A DNA stretch of 64,000 nucleotides from Bacteroidia bacterium (GTDB lineage: Bacteria > Bacteroidota > Bacteroidia > J057), in contig JANQTF010000300.1 of NCBI GenBank assembly GCA_030731845.1, positions 8,471-72,470 of the forward strand, written 5' to 3'. Positions 26,861 to 37,031 of the stretch are shown here, piece after piece. The position numbers and the translations under genes are program-made. The notes below the pieces were generated by a model, which worked only from the letters and a program-made list of their open reading frames with translations, ran no database searches and had not been told where the DNA came from. The stretch's first letter is position 1. Every line of letters begins with the position of its first letter.

Positions 26861-27778
26861 CTAAGTGAGATCGAAATTAGCCAGGCGAACAAATTGATTC
26901 ACCCGGGTCTCAATCACCTCTGGGCTCAACCCAAGCAGGCGCTCTGGTCCAAATTTTTCTACACAGAATGAAGCCAGGGCACTGCCATAGACCACGGCAC
27001 GCTTTAAGTTGTCGAAACTCACATCGCCGGTTTTCGCAACATGGCCGATGAAGCCACCCGCGAATGTGTCGCCTGCGCCAGTGGGGTCAAATACTTCTTC
27101 CAATGGAAGGCCAGGAGCAGAAAACACCTCATCCTGATGAAAGAGGAGGGCACCGTGTTCGCCTTTTTTGATCACCGCAAACTTCGGGCCCATGCTCATG
27201 ATTTTTTTAGCAGCACGCTTGAGAGAATATTCGCCTGTGAGTTGGCGCGCCTCTTCGTCATTGATGATGAGCACATCCACCATCGCAATGGTTTGATGCA
27301 GGCTGTCGAGAGCGATATCCATCCAAAAGTTCATCGTATCCATGGCGATGAGCTTGGGGCGCTTGTCGAGGCGCTCGATCACGAGGCGCTGCACATCTGG
27401 AGAGAGGTTGCCGAGCAGGAGATATTCACAGCCTTGGTAGGATGCAGGCACGATGGGATCAAATGTTCCCAGCACATTGAGCTCGGTGACGAGGGTGTCG
27501 CGCGAGTTCATATCATTGTGATACTTACCCGACCAAAAGAAAGACTTTTCGTCTGTTTTGATCTGCACGCCTTCGAGGTTGATCTCATGGTCGCGCATGA
27601 TTTGGATGTCGCTTTCGGCAAAGTCGTATCCTACCACCGAAATGGTCTGGACAGGGTGCGTGAAATAGGAAGAGGCCAATGCGATGTAGGTGGCGGCACC
27701 ACCAAGAACACGCTCTGTTTTTCCAAAAGGGGTCTCAATGGCGTCATAAGCCATTGATCCAACTACTACCAGGCTCAT
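26861..27778 (-). CDS. PfkB-family carbohydrate/nucleoside kinase
   Basis: N-terminal GGAATY... di-Gly region and C-terminal DPTGAGDTFAGGF, the PfkB signature 2. Confidence 0.85.
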   Translation of the reverse strand: MSLVVVGSMAYDAIETPFGKTERVLGGAATYIALASSYFTHPVQTISVVGYDFAESDIQIMRDHEINLEGVQIKTDEKSFFWSGKYHNDMNSRDTLVTELNVLGTFDPIVPASYQGCEYLLLGNLSPDVQRLVIERLDKRPKLIAMDTMNFWMDIALDSLHQTIAMVDVLIINDEEARQLTGEYSLKRAAKKIMSMGPKFAVIKKGEHGALLFHQDEVFSAPGLPLEEVFDPTGAGDTFAGGFIGHVAKTGDVSFDNLKRAVVYGSALASFCVEKFGPERLLGLSPEVIETRVNQFVRLANFDLT

Positions 27779-27903
27779 ATTCAGGTTTTTTTAGATCGGT
27801 GGCAAAAATAAGGGAAATATTGGGAAGTGGGGGGATAAACAAAAAAGGCCTGCCAATTGGCAGACCTTCTTGTATGATATCAAGTGATCTAGTCTTATTC
27901 AGC

Positions 27904-29208
27904 TTATTCTGCATACACCATGATGGTGCTCAGGAGCTGAATATCTTTGGGGTTGCTGTAGTCGTACTGGGCAATGCCATCTTTTCCAACAAACATCAGA
28001 ACGCCGTCGAGTGCAATCACATCGTAGCCATTCATGTCAGGGAAATGAGCAAGCTCCTTACGACCTACCTCAGAAGGAGTAGATGCGTCAAAAATCTTGA
28101 GGCCCTGATCACCATCGGCGATGAAGAGGAGATCGCCATCAATGCCAACTCCGTGTGGGTTGTACATAGAGAAGGTGTTGAGCAATCTTGGGTATGATGG
28201 ATTGGAGATGTCCACGACATCAAGCTGATTGTTCCAGAAAGGACCACAAGGAGAGTCTTGGCTGTTGCGAAGGGTCACATAGGCGATGCCATTCTCAGCA
28301 GTTACAGGGTCACAAGCACGGTTATGCTCAAATGTGCTCATGTACTGAGGATTGGTCGGATCGTCGGCGCTGTAGATAGACATACCACCGGTAGAACCAA
28401 TCAGGAGAAGGTTATCGAGAGAGGTGATCATCTCAGCAACACCGAAGAAACCGCTCAGGCTCTGTGTTCCGGCAGCCAAAGGCTGATCGCAACTTGTTAC
28501 ATTATACACATCGAGCTCACTGGGTCCTACGATGTAGAGATAATCGTTGAGCACAGTGAAGCGAGACATAGAGCCACTTTTGCCGGGTACGGCAGGGTTC
28601 ACGGTACGGGTGTTGTTGCTGCCAGACTGCACATCCCAGGTATTGTCCACCTGATTTTGCTGCCAGAGGTTAGGCACACCCACCTGACAATCGTACTTGT
28701 CTTCGCGAATTTCCTCTTTCCACTTCACGATCACGCCTTGAGAAGGGTCGGCCTGGTATCCACGATACTCTGCCATGTAGGGGAAAGCATTTTCGATGCG
28801 GTTGACAAGTCTTGGTGAGCTTGGGTCGCTCATGTCAAACACCAGCATATCGGTGCTGGAGTCGAGGTAGAGCATGTCGCAGTTCATGGAGAGGTCATAG
28901 TTTCCCGGAACATTGAGGAAGGCGAGTGACTGTGGATTCTTTGGGTTTTTGTTGTCATAGATGTGAACCCCTTCGCCAAGTTCATTGACCAGGAGAATGG
29001 CATCTTTTGTGTAAATTTTGCCTGGAGAAACCACGTTGCGAGGAGACACAACACCGACGGAGTTCACAAACTCATCTTGAGACATGTAGATGGGTTCGTA
29101 CACTGCATGTTTGTAGGTAAGGTCGCAGGAGTCTTCCACACATCCACTGAGTCCCAGTGCGAGGAAGGCCATGGCGGCCAACATTGAGGATCTTAGGTTT
29201 ACCTTCAT
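27904..29208 (-). CDS. LVIVD-repeat beta-propeller lipoprotein
   Basis: Lipobox LALGLSGC. Repeated units of the type YLYIVGPSELDVYNV, LLLIGSTGGMSIYS, LDVVDISNPSYP and LLFIADGDQGLKIFD. Confidence 0.7.
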   Translation of the reverse strand: MKVNLRSSMLAAMAFLALGLSGCVEDSCDLTYKHAVYEPIYMSQDEFVNSVGVVSPRNVVSPGKIYTKDAILLVNELGEGVHIYDNKNPKNPQSLAFLNVPGNYDLSMNCDMLYLDSSTDMLVFDMSDPSSPRLVNRIENAFPYMAEYRGYQADPSQGVIVKWKEEIREDKYDCQVGVPNLWQQNQVDNTWDVQSGSNNTRTVNPAVPGKSGSMSRFTVLNDYLYIVGPSELDVYNVTSCDQPLAAGTQSLSGFFGVAEMITSLDNLLLIGSTGGMSIYSADDPTNPQYMSTFEHNRACDPVTAENGIAYVTLRNSQDSPCGPFWNNQLDVVDISNPSYPRLLNTFSMYNPHGVGIDGDLLFIADGDQGLKIFDASTPSEVGRKELAHFPDMNGYDVIALDGVLMFVGKDGIAQYDYSNPKDIQLLSTIMVYAE

Positions 29209-29402
29209 GATAAATAGGATTTTGCTGTTGATTTGTTTGTTGTAAAAAAGTTTGTTTGAAGCTGCTCCTGTGTTTGTCGCAGCGTTTACACCATCGAAGA
29301 CGTCATTATGATTGAAAACGCTGGTCGGGGAGTCGGATTTTCGCTGTTAATATTGAAATATCGCAAATCCCCGTTTCTATCGCAATTTATTGATCTGTAT
29401 CC

Positions 29403-30200
29403 ATGCGAGAAAAGTCAAAAATCATCCCCCTTATCGGGTTTCTGATATTCATCCTAATGTTGCCGGCTTCGCTACAGGCCCAAATGAAGACATTAGAAGA
29501 AGATGTGGTCTATCTGAAGAATGGCAGCATGATTCGGGGCACGATCACAGAGCAGGTACCTGGCGAGTCTGTGACCATCCAAACCTTTGATGGAACTGTT
29601 TTTCATTTCCCCACCACGGCGATCGATCGGGTAGCGCTTGAGCCATCCCGATACACAAGAATCAAAGTAGCGTATAATGGCAAGGTAGTTCCGGTTCTTT
29701 ACCCAACTTCTCCGGGATGGTATAGAGGAAACGCAGTGAGCATTGCGGGCAACAATACCAACAGCAATCTTCATATAGCCATCAGGTATGGCTACCGCTG
29801 GAAGCATTGGCTCCAAACGGGCGTCATTACGGGTATGGATCCTTATCAGGCGGGGCTGATTCTGCCTTTTCAGGCAGAGCTGCGAGGAGATTTATTTCCC
29901 AAACCAATCACGCCGCACTACTTCATGCAAGGAGGATATGGCCTGGCAGCCAACCGGGGCCCCAATCACCGGGTGTTTAATGGGGGGCTCACCTACCATG
30001 TGGGTGGAGGCCTTACCTTTAGAACGCGCAGAAAATATGACCTTCAGTTTTCTTTGGGGTATAAATGGCTCCATACTTATCAGGAATTTGAAGAAACGCC
30101 CCCATGGGTCTGGACTCAGCCTAATCCTCCAGAAGCAGTTCTGGTGAGCGGCACGCGAAACTATCGCAGAATCACCTTCACCTTCGGCACCAATTTCTGA
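29403..30200 (+). CDS. Secreted protein, tandem paralogue A (small N-domain + G/Y-rich probable beta-barrel)
   Basis: Signal peptide IPLIGFLIFILMLPASLQAQ. N-domain VVYLKNGSMIRGTITEQVPGESVTIQTFDGTVFHFPTTAIDRV. C-terminal F. Confidence 0.55.
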   Translation: MREKSKIIPLIGFLIFILMLPASLQAQMKTLEEDVVYLKNGSMIRGTITEQVPGESVTIQTFDGTVFHFPTTAIDRVALEPSRYTRIKVAYNGKVVPVLYPTSPGWYRGNAVSIAGNNTNSNLHIAIRYGYRWKHWLQTGVITGMDPYQAGLILPFQAELRGDLFPKPITPHYFMQGGYGLAANRGPNHRVFNGGLTYHVGGGLTFRTRRKYDLQFSLGYKWLHTYQEFEETPPWVWTQPNPPEAVLVSGTRNYRRITFTFGTNF

Positions 30201-30231
30201 CATCGCTCACCATTTAACCGGATCATTCACC

Positions 30232-31011
30232 GTGAAGTCTTCCACTTTTCTATCCATCCTCTTTTGTGTCGCGATGCTTGTGAGCACTCCCTCTGCATGG
30301 GCACAATCCACCACAGCCCGGGAAGCAAAAATTCTGATGCGCGACGGCACAGAGTATAAAGGAGATATTCTTCAGCAAATTCCCGACTCCATCGTCACCA
30401 TCGAGATGGTAGGGGGCAGCATTCTCGTGCTTGCTCAAAGAGACATAGCCGAGATCGTGCCCGTGCCGCACCGATATCGCTCCATCAAGTATTACACCAA
30501 CAGAAACCGCAAACTCGTCCAGGTAAAAACACATGGATTTGTGAACCAGGTATCCGCAGAGTTTTATCCACGCGAATCGCAATGGGGAGGTACTGCCCTT
30601 GGCGCTGGTCTTCATTATTCGCTCAATTATCGGTTTTCTTACCTGTTGGGCGTCGGGGCGGGCGTAGGCATCGAAGGGTATGACGGAGGGGCAGCCATGC
30701 CGATCTTTGCCAATATCACCGGCGATCTCACCCCCGGACGAGTGACTCCTACCTATTTTGGCAAAGTGGGCTATGCCGCGGGCGTAGCTTCAGGCTGGCG
30801 AAATGTAAATTTTCAGGGAGGCCTCATGACCGAAGCTGGCATTGGAATCAAATATCGCACTCGCAGCAACATAGAGTGGGTCATTGGTCTGGGCTATCGC
30901 CGCCAACCCGTAACTGAGTTTCCTGACCCCCGGTGGTTCGGACAAGATCTCCCCCTGAGCATTCGCACAATCCATCAGGGAATCGCCTGGCACTACTCCA
31001 TGCTGTTTTAA
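30232..31011 (+). CDS. Secreted protein, tandem paralogue B
   Basis: GTG start. Signal peptide MKSSTFLSILFCVAMLVSTPSAWAQ. N-domain KILMRDGTEYKGDILQQIPDSIVTIEMVGGSILVLAQRDIAEIV aligns with paralogue A. C-terminal F. Confidence 0.55.
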   Translation: MKSSTFLSILFCVAMLVSTPSAWAQSTTAREAKILMRDGTEYKGDILQQIPDSIVTIEMVGGSILVLAQRDIAEIVPVPHRYRSIKYYTNRNRKLVQVKTHGFVNQVSAEFYPRESQWGGTALGAGLHYSLNYRFSYLLGVGAGVGIEGYDGGAAMPIFANITGDLTPGRVTPTYFGKVGYAAGVASGWRNVNFQGGLMTEAGIGIKYRTRSNIEWVIGLGYRRQPVTEFPDPRWFGQDLPLSIRTIHQGIAWHYSMLF

Positions 31012-31127
31012 TTCACGCATCCCAGCTCTCATTCGTCGGGAGAAAAGCGTTACTGGAAGACTCTATGCAGGACTTTTAAACATTCCTGCGTATTTTCCCA
31101 ATTCAATCTGATTCCAGTAATTCGCTC

Positions 31128-33266
31128 ATGAAAAAAATCACTCTCGCTTTTCTCGCGATCGTCATGCTGCTGCCGGGCTTGCAGGCCAAAGAAGGCATGT
31201 GGATTCCCATCCTCCTTGGCACCCTCAACGAAGCCGACATGCAGTCCATGGGGATGCGCCTCACCGCAGAAGACATTTATTCCGCCAACAAGTCCTCCCT
31301 CAAAGATGCCATCGTGAAGTTTGGCAGTGGGTGCACCGGCGAGATCGTCTCCGCCGATGGGCTCCTCTTCACCAACCACCACTGTGGCTATAGCCAGATT
31401 CAGTCGCACTCTTCTTTGGAAAACGACTACCTCACAGACGGGTTTTGGGCCATGAATCGCTCCCAAGAGCTATCCAATCCCGGCCTGAGCGTCACCTTCA
31501 TCGTGCGGATCGAAGACGTGAGCGCTGCCATTCTCAATGGCCTCGATGCCGATCTCACAGAAGCTGAAAGAGCCCAAAAAATCGAAATGCGCATCCAGGA
31601 AGTGGGAGACGCCGCGGTCCAGGGCACTCACTACGAATATGAGATCAAGCCATTTTATTATGGCAACGAATACTACCTCTTCGTGCTCGAAAAATACCTC
31701 GACGTGCGCCTCGTAGGAGCTCCGCCTTCCTCCATCGGCAAGTATGGTTTCGACACCGACAACTGGGTGTGGCCTCGCCACACAGGAGACTTCTCCGTGT
31801 TTCGCGTCTATAGCGGTCCCGACGGCAAGCCCGCCGAATATTCTGAAGAGAACATTCCCCTCAAGCCCAAGCACTATTTTCCTGTTTCGCTCAAAGGCGT
31901 GGAGCAAGATGACTTCACCATGGTCTATGGTTTCCCCGCGCGCACACAAGAATATCTCCCTTCTTTTGGGGTAGAAATGGTGATGAATGTAACCGACCCG
32001 ATTCGCATCAAAGCACGTGACGAGCGCCTCCGCGTCATTGACCGCGAAATGGCTGCTTCGCCCCTCGTCAAAATCCAATATGCGTCCAAGCAGAGCGGCA
32101 TCAGCAACGGCTGGAAAAAGTGGAAAGGCGAAATCAGAGGCCTCGAAAGAGACGACGCAATCGCCAAAAAGGAAGCCTATGAGCAGGAGTTCATGGCCCT
32201 GGTCAATAGCCGAGCGGACTGGAAAATGGCTTATGGCTCCCTCCTCTCCGACTACGCTGAGTTGTACAAACAAGTGAGGCCACTCACAGTCGCCGTAGAG
32301 TATTTTGGCGAAACGGGCTACGCACTGGAATTCATTCGGGTAAGTCAGAAAATGCTGGAAGCGACCAGAAGTTGGTCGAGCGACGAGACTGAGCAGGCAG
32401 CAGCCAAAGAAAAACTGCGAACCTTCTCTCAGAACTTCTTCAAAAACTATTATGCCCCCATCGACAAAGAGCTCACAGGCAGTCTCCTCGAAATGTATCA
32501 CGATGATGTGCCCACGAGCTATCGCCCCACCATCCTCAACACCATCGAGGAAGAATATAACGGCGACTATGCTTCCTACGCCAATTGGCTATTTGCCAAC
32601 TCTGCCTTCATGAACCAGGCAAAGCTTGAGGCCCTGATCGACAACTTTGACCCCGCTGCCGTGCAAAGCGATCCTGCATTTGAGCTCATGATGAGCTTTT
32701 TTCAGGCATATTCCGCTGTCTATGGTCAATACGATGACCTCGAAACGCGCATCGAAGCCCTGCACCGCACCTACATGAAGGCGCAGCGAGAAGTTTTCGC
32801 GGACAAGACCTTCTACCCAGATGCCAACTTCACCCTCCGCGTGTCTTATGGCAAAGCCGAAGGGATGAAGCCTGAAGATGGCGTGACCTACAAGTACTAC
32901 ACCACCCTCGACGGCGTCGTGGAAAAATACATCCCCGGCGACCGGGAGTTTGATTTGCCCCAAAAGCTCATCACCCTCAACGAAGATCGTGACTATGGCC
33001 GCTATGGAAAAAATGGCGAATTGCGGGTCGCATTTCTCGCCTCCAATCACACCTCCGGCGGCAACTCCGGCAGTCCCGTGATCAACGGCGACGGGCAGCT
33101 CGTGGGCATCAACTTTGACCGCGGCTGGGAAGGCACCATGAGCGACATCAACTACGACATCAACCAATGCCGCAACATCTCGGTGGACATTCGCTACGTG
33201 CTTTTTGTGATCGACAAATTTGCCGGTGCCTCTTACTTGATCGACGAGATGACCCTGGTTGAATAA
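31128..33266 (+). CDS. S46-family dipeptidyl-peptidase (DPP7/DPP11-like)
   Basis: Mature N-terminus KEGMWIP, catalytic His block FTNHHCGY and catalytic Ser block GGNSGSPVINGDGQLVGINFD. Length is 712 aa. Confidence 0.9.
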   Translation: MKKITLAFLAIVMLLPGLQAKEGMWIPILLGTLNEADMQSMGMRLTAEDIYSANKSSLKDAIVKFGSGCTGEIVSADGLLFTNHHCGYSQIQSHSSLENDYLTDGFWAMNRSQELSNPGLSVTFIVRIEDVSAAILNGLDADLTEAERAQKIEMRIQEVGDAAVQGTHYEYEIKPFYYGNEYYLFVLEKYLDVRLVGAPPSSIGKYGFDTDNWVWPRHTGDFSVFRVYSGPDGKPAEYSEENIPLKPKHYFPVSLKGVEQDDFTMVYGFPARTQEYLPSFGVEMVMNVTDPIRIKARDERLRVIDREMAASPLVKIQYASKQSGISNGWKKWKGEIRGLERDDAIAKKEAYEQEFMALVNSRADWKMAYGSLLSDYAELYKQVRPLTVAVEYFGETGYALEFIRVSQKMLEATRSWSSDETEQAAAKEKLRTFSQNFFKNYYAPIDKELTGSLLEMYHDDVPTSYRPTILNTIEEEYNGDYASYANWLFANSAFMNQAKLEALIDNFDPAAVQSDPAFELMMSFFQAYSAVYGQYDDLETRIEALHRTYMKAQREVFADKTFYPDANFTLRVSYGKAEGMKPEDGVTYKYYTTLDGVVEKYIPGDREFDLPQKLITLNEDRDYGRYGKNGELRVAFLASNHTSGGNSGSPVINGDGQLVGINFDRGWEGTMSDINYDINQCRNISVDIRYVLFVIDKFAGASYLIDEMTLVE

Positions 33267-33367
33267 CAAGTTTACACCGCTCAGATAGTAGAAGATGTAG
33301 AGGCAGCAGTCCAAACCGGGCGGCTGCCTCTGTCTTTTTTGCGTAGATTCACCCAACGCATTCGTCT

Positions 33368-34792
33368 ATGAACCCCACACCGCAGCAATATTGGGAAGCC
33401 GGAAAATACGCCTTCGATCAGGGCGAATATGCCATTGCAGCCCGCTGTTTTGGCGCGACCATTCATGGCGGCTTGTCTGAGGTGAATGTGTGGAATAATT
33501 TCGGATGCGCACTCGTGCTCAGCGGCGAACTCGACCGGGCTCGGTGGGCCTTTCGCGAGGCACTCAGCCTCAACAGCCACGCGGGATTTGTGTGGAACAA
33601 CTACGGCCGCCTGCTGCTGCGCACCCAGGAATGGCGCTCCGCCGCCGATGCCTTTGCCAACGCACAGGGAGAAGATCCCGCTAGCATCGTAGCCGCCGAA
33701 GCCTTTGCCTGGCTCAAAGAAGGCAGTGTGCAGCGGGCCGCCACCATCATTGAGCGGCACCTGGAAACCCATGCACCCGACGACAAACTGGAGCTCCTGC
33801 TTCTCGAAGCCTACCTCAAAACCGGAGATCGGAAACGCGCATTCGACCTACTCAAAAAAGCTAATCCTGCCGATTTAGGGCCTGAGAAGCGATTGCTACT
33901 CGCCTCCTTGCTCATTGAGCAGGGAAATGCAGCAGAAGCACTGCCCCTGCTGGCAGAGACAGCTCATCGGCCTGGCCTCGCTACACGAGCCACCTACCTC
34001 AGGCTCCTGGCACTGCTCCTCAGCGGCGACACCGAGGCCGTGGCCCTGGCACTTTCGAACGCGGTACTTCCTCCAGATCAGACAGCTCGCCTGCGAGCCT
34101 GGCTCGCCATGGCAGAAGCCCGCCATGAGGATGCGGTGGCTTTGTGGGAAGATCTCGTGGCGCAGATGCCACATGCACAGCTCCCGGTCTGGGGGCTGGT
34201 GCAAGCGCTGCACCTGTCTGGCAATACCGAAAAATGGCAACTGGCCCTCCGTGATTTTTTGGAAAAATATCCCGACCACAGCCCCGCCGTCTGGATGCAG
34301 ATTCAGCATTGGAAAGCCGTTCCTTGCTCCCACAAAGAAATGGGGAAATGGCTCGACAAGATGGTATTGCTTCGGGGCAAGTGGGCAGAGGCCCGAATCG
34401 AGCGCGGGTTTTTCACACTGTCGAGAGGCATGGCAGAGCAGGCCATCGCCGATTTTCAGCGGGCGACGCGTTCGAGCCCAGATTCCTACGATGCCTGGCT
34501 GGGACTGGGCCTTGCCTATCAGGAAGCAGAGAAGGAAAAATTGAGCCTGGAGGCTTTTCAGCAATTGGCGACGCGATACCCGCAAGAGGCTGCGGCCTGG
34601 TGGAACCTGGCGTTGGCGGCAAGCTCGGCTGAGCAATGGCGCATCGCCGTAGAGGCGATCAGCAACTATTTGACCTTTCGGCCCGAGGATCTGACAGCCT
34701 ATGGCATTCGGGCAGAAGCCCTATTTGCCCTTGGCAGGGTGAGAGATGCTGGCGAAGATTGGCGCCGCGCCGGAGACGTGCGCAGAGGGTAG
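33368..34792 (+). CDS. Tetratricopeptide-repeat protein
   Basis: Repeated A/L/Y-rich 34-aa units throughout, for example YDAWLGLGLAYQEAEKEKLSLEAFQQLATRYPQEAAAWWNLALA. Confidence 0.75.
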   Translation: MNPTPQQYWEAGKYAFDQGEYAIAARCFGATIHGGLSEVNVWNNFGCALVLSGELDRARWAFREALSLNSHAGFVWNNYGRLLLRTQEWRSAADAFANAQGEDPASIVAAEAFAWLKEGSVQRAATIIERHLETHAPDDKLELLLLEAYLKTGDRKRAFDLLKKANPADLGPEKRLLLASLLIEQGNAAEALPLLAETAHRPGLATRATYLRLLALLLSGDTEAVALALSNAVLPPDQTARLRAWLAMAEARHEDAVALWEDLVAQMPHAQLPVWGLVQALHLSGNTEKWQLALRDFLEKYPDHSPAVWMQIQHWKAVPCSHKEMGKWLDKMVLLRGKWAEARIERGFFTLSRGMAEQAIADFQRATRSSPDSYDAWLGLGLAYQEAEKEKLSLEAFQQLATRYPQEAAAWWNLALAASSAEQWRIAVEAISNYLTFRPEDLTAYGIRAEALFALGRVRDAGEDWRRAGDVRRG

Positions 34793-34795
34793 TGC

Positions 34796-35512
34796 TTATT
34801 TCCCATCAAAATCTGCCCGCCAGTTTTTCAACACTTTTTCTGATACCTGGGGGCTAGCCTGCCCAAGAGAATGAAGCCTTGTGAGCACGTATTCAAAAAA
34901 AGGATAGGGAGTCGGGTGAGAGAAAATGGCCATGATGATGGCAGGATCTGGCTTCCAGGCCGGGAACTGGCGATGTAGCTCTTCCTGATATCGCTTGAAC
35001 CCCAGTGGCGGCAACTTGTGCAGCTCCGGCTCAAAGTCCGACTGGGCGAAAAAACTGTCGAGATCGGTGAGCCGGGCTTCGAGTGGCTGTTCGGTCACCA
35101 CGATCAAGGACAGGTTGGGAATGAGAAAAAAGCGATTGAGGGTCGCGAAAAATGCTTCGCCGTATCCGTAGCTTTCTCCGCGCTCCACAGCATCAAAGTG
35201 ATGCAAAATCAGGCAGAGCTTTCCACCGTGAAGCTGGAGTGCATCCACCCATTCCTCAAAATCCTGGGCGGGCTCCTCAAAGCCAAGGGCCTGGCTGATT
35301 CCTTTCACAAACCCATCGGCTCCATTCACAAACTCGCGCATATCCACCTGAAGAATTCGCAGGTCGGCAACTTCCATGCCCATGAGATCATCGAGAAGGC
35401 GGGAGACGCCGTCGGCCTCGCGGCCTGCGAGATTGAGCACAGCCCCCTGCGTGAGTTGTTGGGCAAGACGACGGGTGAAGACCGGACGAAGCAGATGAGC
35501 CGTGTGAGCCAT
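34796..35512 (-). CDS. Hypothetical protein with degenerate P-loop NTPase-like motifs
   Basis: Start at MAHTAHLL (cat 35510-35512). LNLAGREADGVSRLL sits where a Walker A would be (GxxxxG-V-S, Lys replaced by Val). KLCLILHHFD is Walker-B-like. Confidence 0.4.
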   Translation of the reverse strand: MAHTAHLLRPVFTRRLAQQLTQGAVLNLAGREADGVSRLLDDLMGMEVADLRILQVDMREFVNGADGFVKGISQALGFEEPAQDFEEWVDALQLHGGKLCLILHHFDAVERGESYGYGEAFFATLNRFFLIPNLSLIVVTEQPLEARLTDLDSFFAQSDFEPELHKLPPLGFKRYQEELHRQFPAWKPDPAIIMAIFSHPTPYPFFEYVLTRLHSLGQASPQVSEKVLKNWRADFDGK

Positions 35513-35653
35513 GGCGAAAAAGATGGATAAATTTTGACAAAGATAGATAAACAAAAAACCACAGAAAGCGGGAAGATGTTCGCCTTGGCTGCTGCGAATG
35601 CTTCTCTGCTTTCTGTGGTGAATCAGCGAGTGTTGCGACTGGGGGCTCCGGCC

Positions 35654-37015
35654 TTATTCAGGCAGAAGGCTGCCTGTGATTTGGAGCAGGGCTAGCTCGC
35701 TGAGCTTGGCATCATAGCCTGCCTCGTTGAGGCGATTTTCTGCGAGGAGCAGGTTCACCTGGGCATCGCGAAAGGAGATGCTTGTGGCTTGTCCAAGCTC
35801 GAAGCGCTCCTTGGTGCGCTCAAAGTTTTCGCTCGCCGCCTGCACTGAGAGCTGCTGGAGCCGCAAGATCTCGATGTTGTTGCGATAGGTATAATACGCA
35901 TTTCGCAGATCGCGAAGCGCCTGTTGCTGTGCTTGCGATACCTGCAAATTGCTCTTGGCAACACCGATTTCGGCTTTCTGAATTCCGTTGCTAATCCGGC
36001 TACCACTGTAGATCGGCACATTTACCGATACGCCGCCGGCAAATCCATAGCTGAAAATTCTGGGAGCAAAGCTGAATGGACCGTTGTTGGCATAATTTAG
36101 CCCATACGAGCCATTCACACTTACCGTTGGGTAGTGACCAGACTCTGCAATGTTGAGGGAAAGTTGTGACAGCTGTCGGCTTTGCTCTGCTGTGCGGATA
36201 GACGCGTTGTTTGACTTTACAAGACCTTCCAATTCATCTATCTCTGGAACCTCGCCAAACTCTACGTTGAGGTCAACCTGTGTTTCTTCATCGAGATCAG
36301 ATCCGATGAGGTAGTTCAGGCTCCGGCGGGCATTTTCCAGGCTCATGCTGGTGGTTACCAGATTCACCGAGTCGGTGTTCACATCTACCTGGGCATTGAG
36401 CACAGCAAGCGAGGTGGCCACGCCAAACTCTGCCTGATTTTGCACAAAAGCCAATCTCTCTTTTGATTGGACCAGGTTCTGCTGCTGAAGGAGATAGCTT
36501 TTCTCCAGCCTGGCCAGTTGATAGTAGGCGTTGGCAACGGAGAGAATATTGATTTCTACCAAGGTGCGGGTTTGCTCCTTGGTGAGATCAGCACTGGCAG
36601 CGAGAAGCTGATAACGGCGGGTGTTTGCCATACCATTATACACGGTCCAGTTGAGGTTAAGGCCCAGGTTGGCAGAAGACGTCTCTACGCCATTGGCACT
36701 TACTTTCTCAATGATGGCAGCACCAGTTGTGGGATCCGTGCCGGCAACCACATCTACCTCCGCATTGTTGTTGTTGTAGTTGGCACCACCTTGGAGAGCG
36801 AGGGTAGGAAGCAACCCGGCATTCCCGCGATAGACATCGGACTCAGCGCTTTGTATGTCGTACTGATTGATCCGGATGGCGTAGTTGTACTGAAGTGAAT
36901 TGGCAATAGCCTGATCCAAACTTAGTAGCTCTTGTGCGCTTGCATTCCCCATTCCTCCGAAAAGAGAAATGGCAAGAAGACTCAGGCAGATGATGGAAAA
37001 TTGTGTATGTCTCAT
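35654..37015 (-). CDS. TolC-family outer-membrane efflux protein
   Basis: Signal peptide, then LSLDQAIANSLQYNYAIRINQYDIQSAESDVYRGNAGLLP and a duplicated alpha/beta repeat structure. Last gene of the efflux operon. Confidence 0.9.
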   Translation of the reverse strand: MRHTQFSIICLSLLAISLFGGMGNASAQELLSLDQAIANSLQYNYAIRINQYDIQSAESDVYRGNAGLLPTLALQGGANYNNNNAEVDVVAGTDPTTGAAIIEKVSANGVETSSANLGLNLNWTVYNGMANTRRYQLLAASADLTKEQTRTLVEINILSVANAYYQLARLEKSYLLQQQNLVQSKERLAFVQNQAEFGVATSLAVLNAQVDVNTDSVNLVTTSMSLENARRSLNYLIGSDLDEETQVDLNVEFGEVPEIDELEGLVKSNNASIRTAEQSRQLSQLSLNIAESGHYPTVSVNGSYGLNYANNGPFSFAPRIFSYGFAGGVSVNVPIYSGSRISNGIQKAEIGVAKSNLQVSQAQQQALRDLRNAYYTYRNNIEILRLQQLSVQAASENFERTKERFELGQATSISFRDAQVNLLLAENRLNEAGYDAKLSELALLQITGSLLPE

Positions 37016-37031
37016 GAGCAGATGGGTCAGA

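Noticed and set aside
27041-27757. 238-aa plus-strand ORF
   Set aside because: Shadow ORF antisense to the PfkB kinase gene.
31470-32501. 343-aa minus-strand ORF
   Set aside because: Shadow ORF antisense to the S46 peptidase gene.
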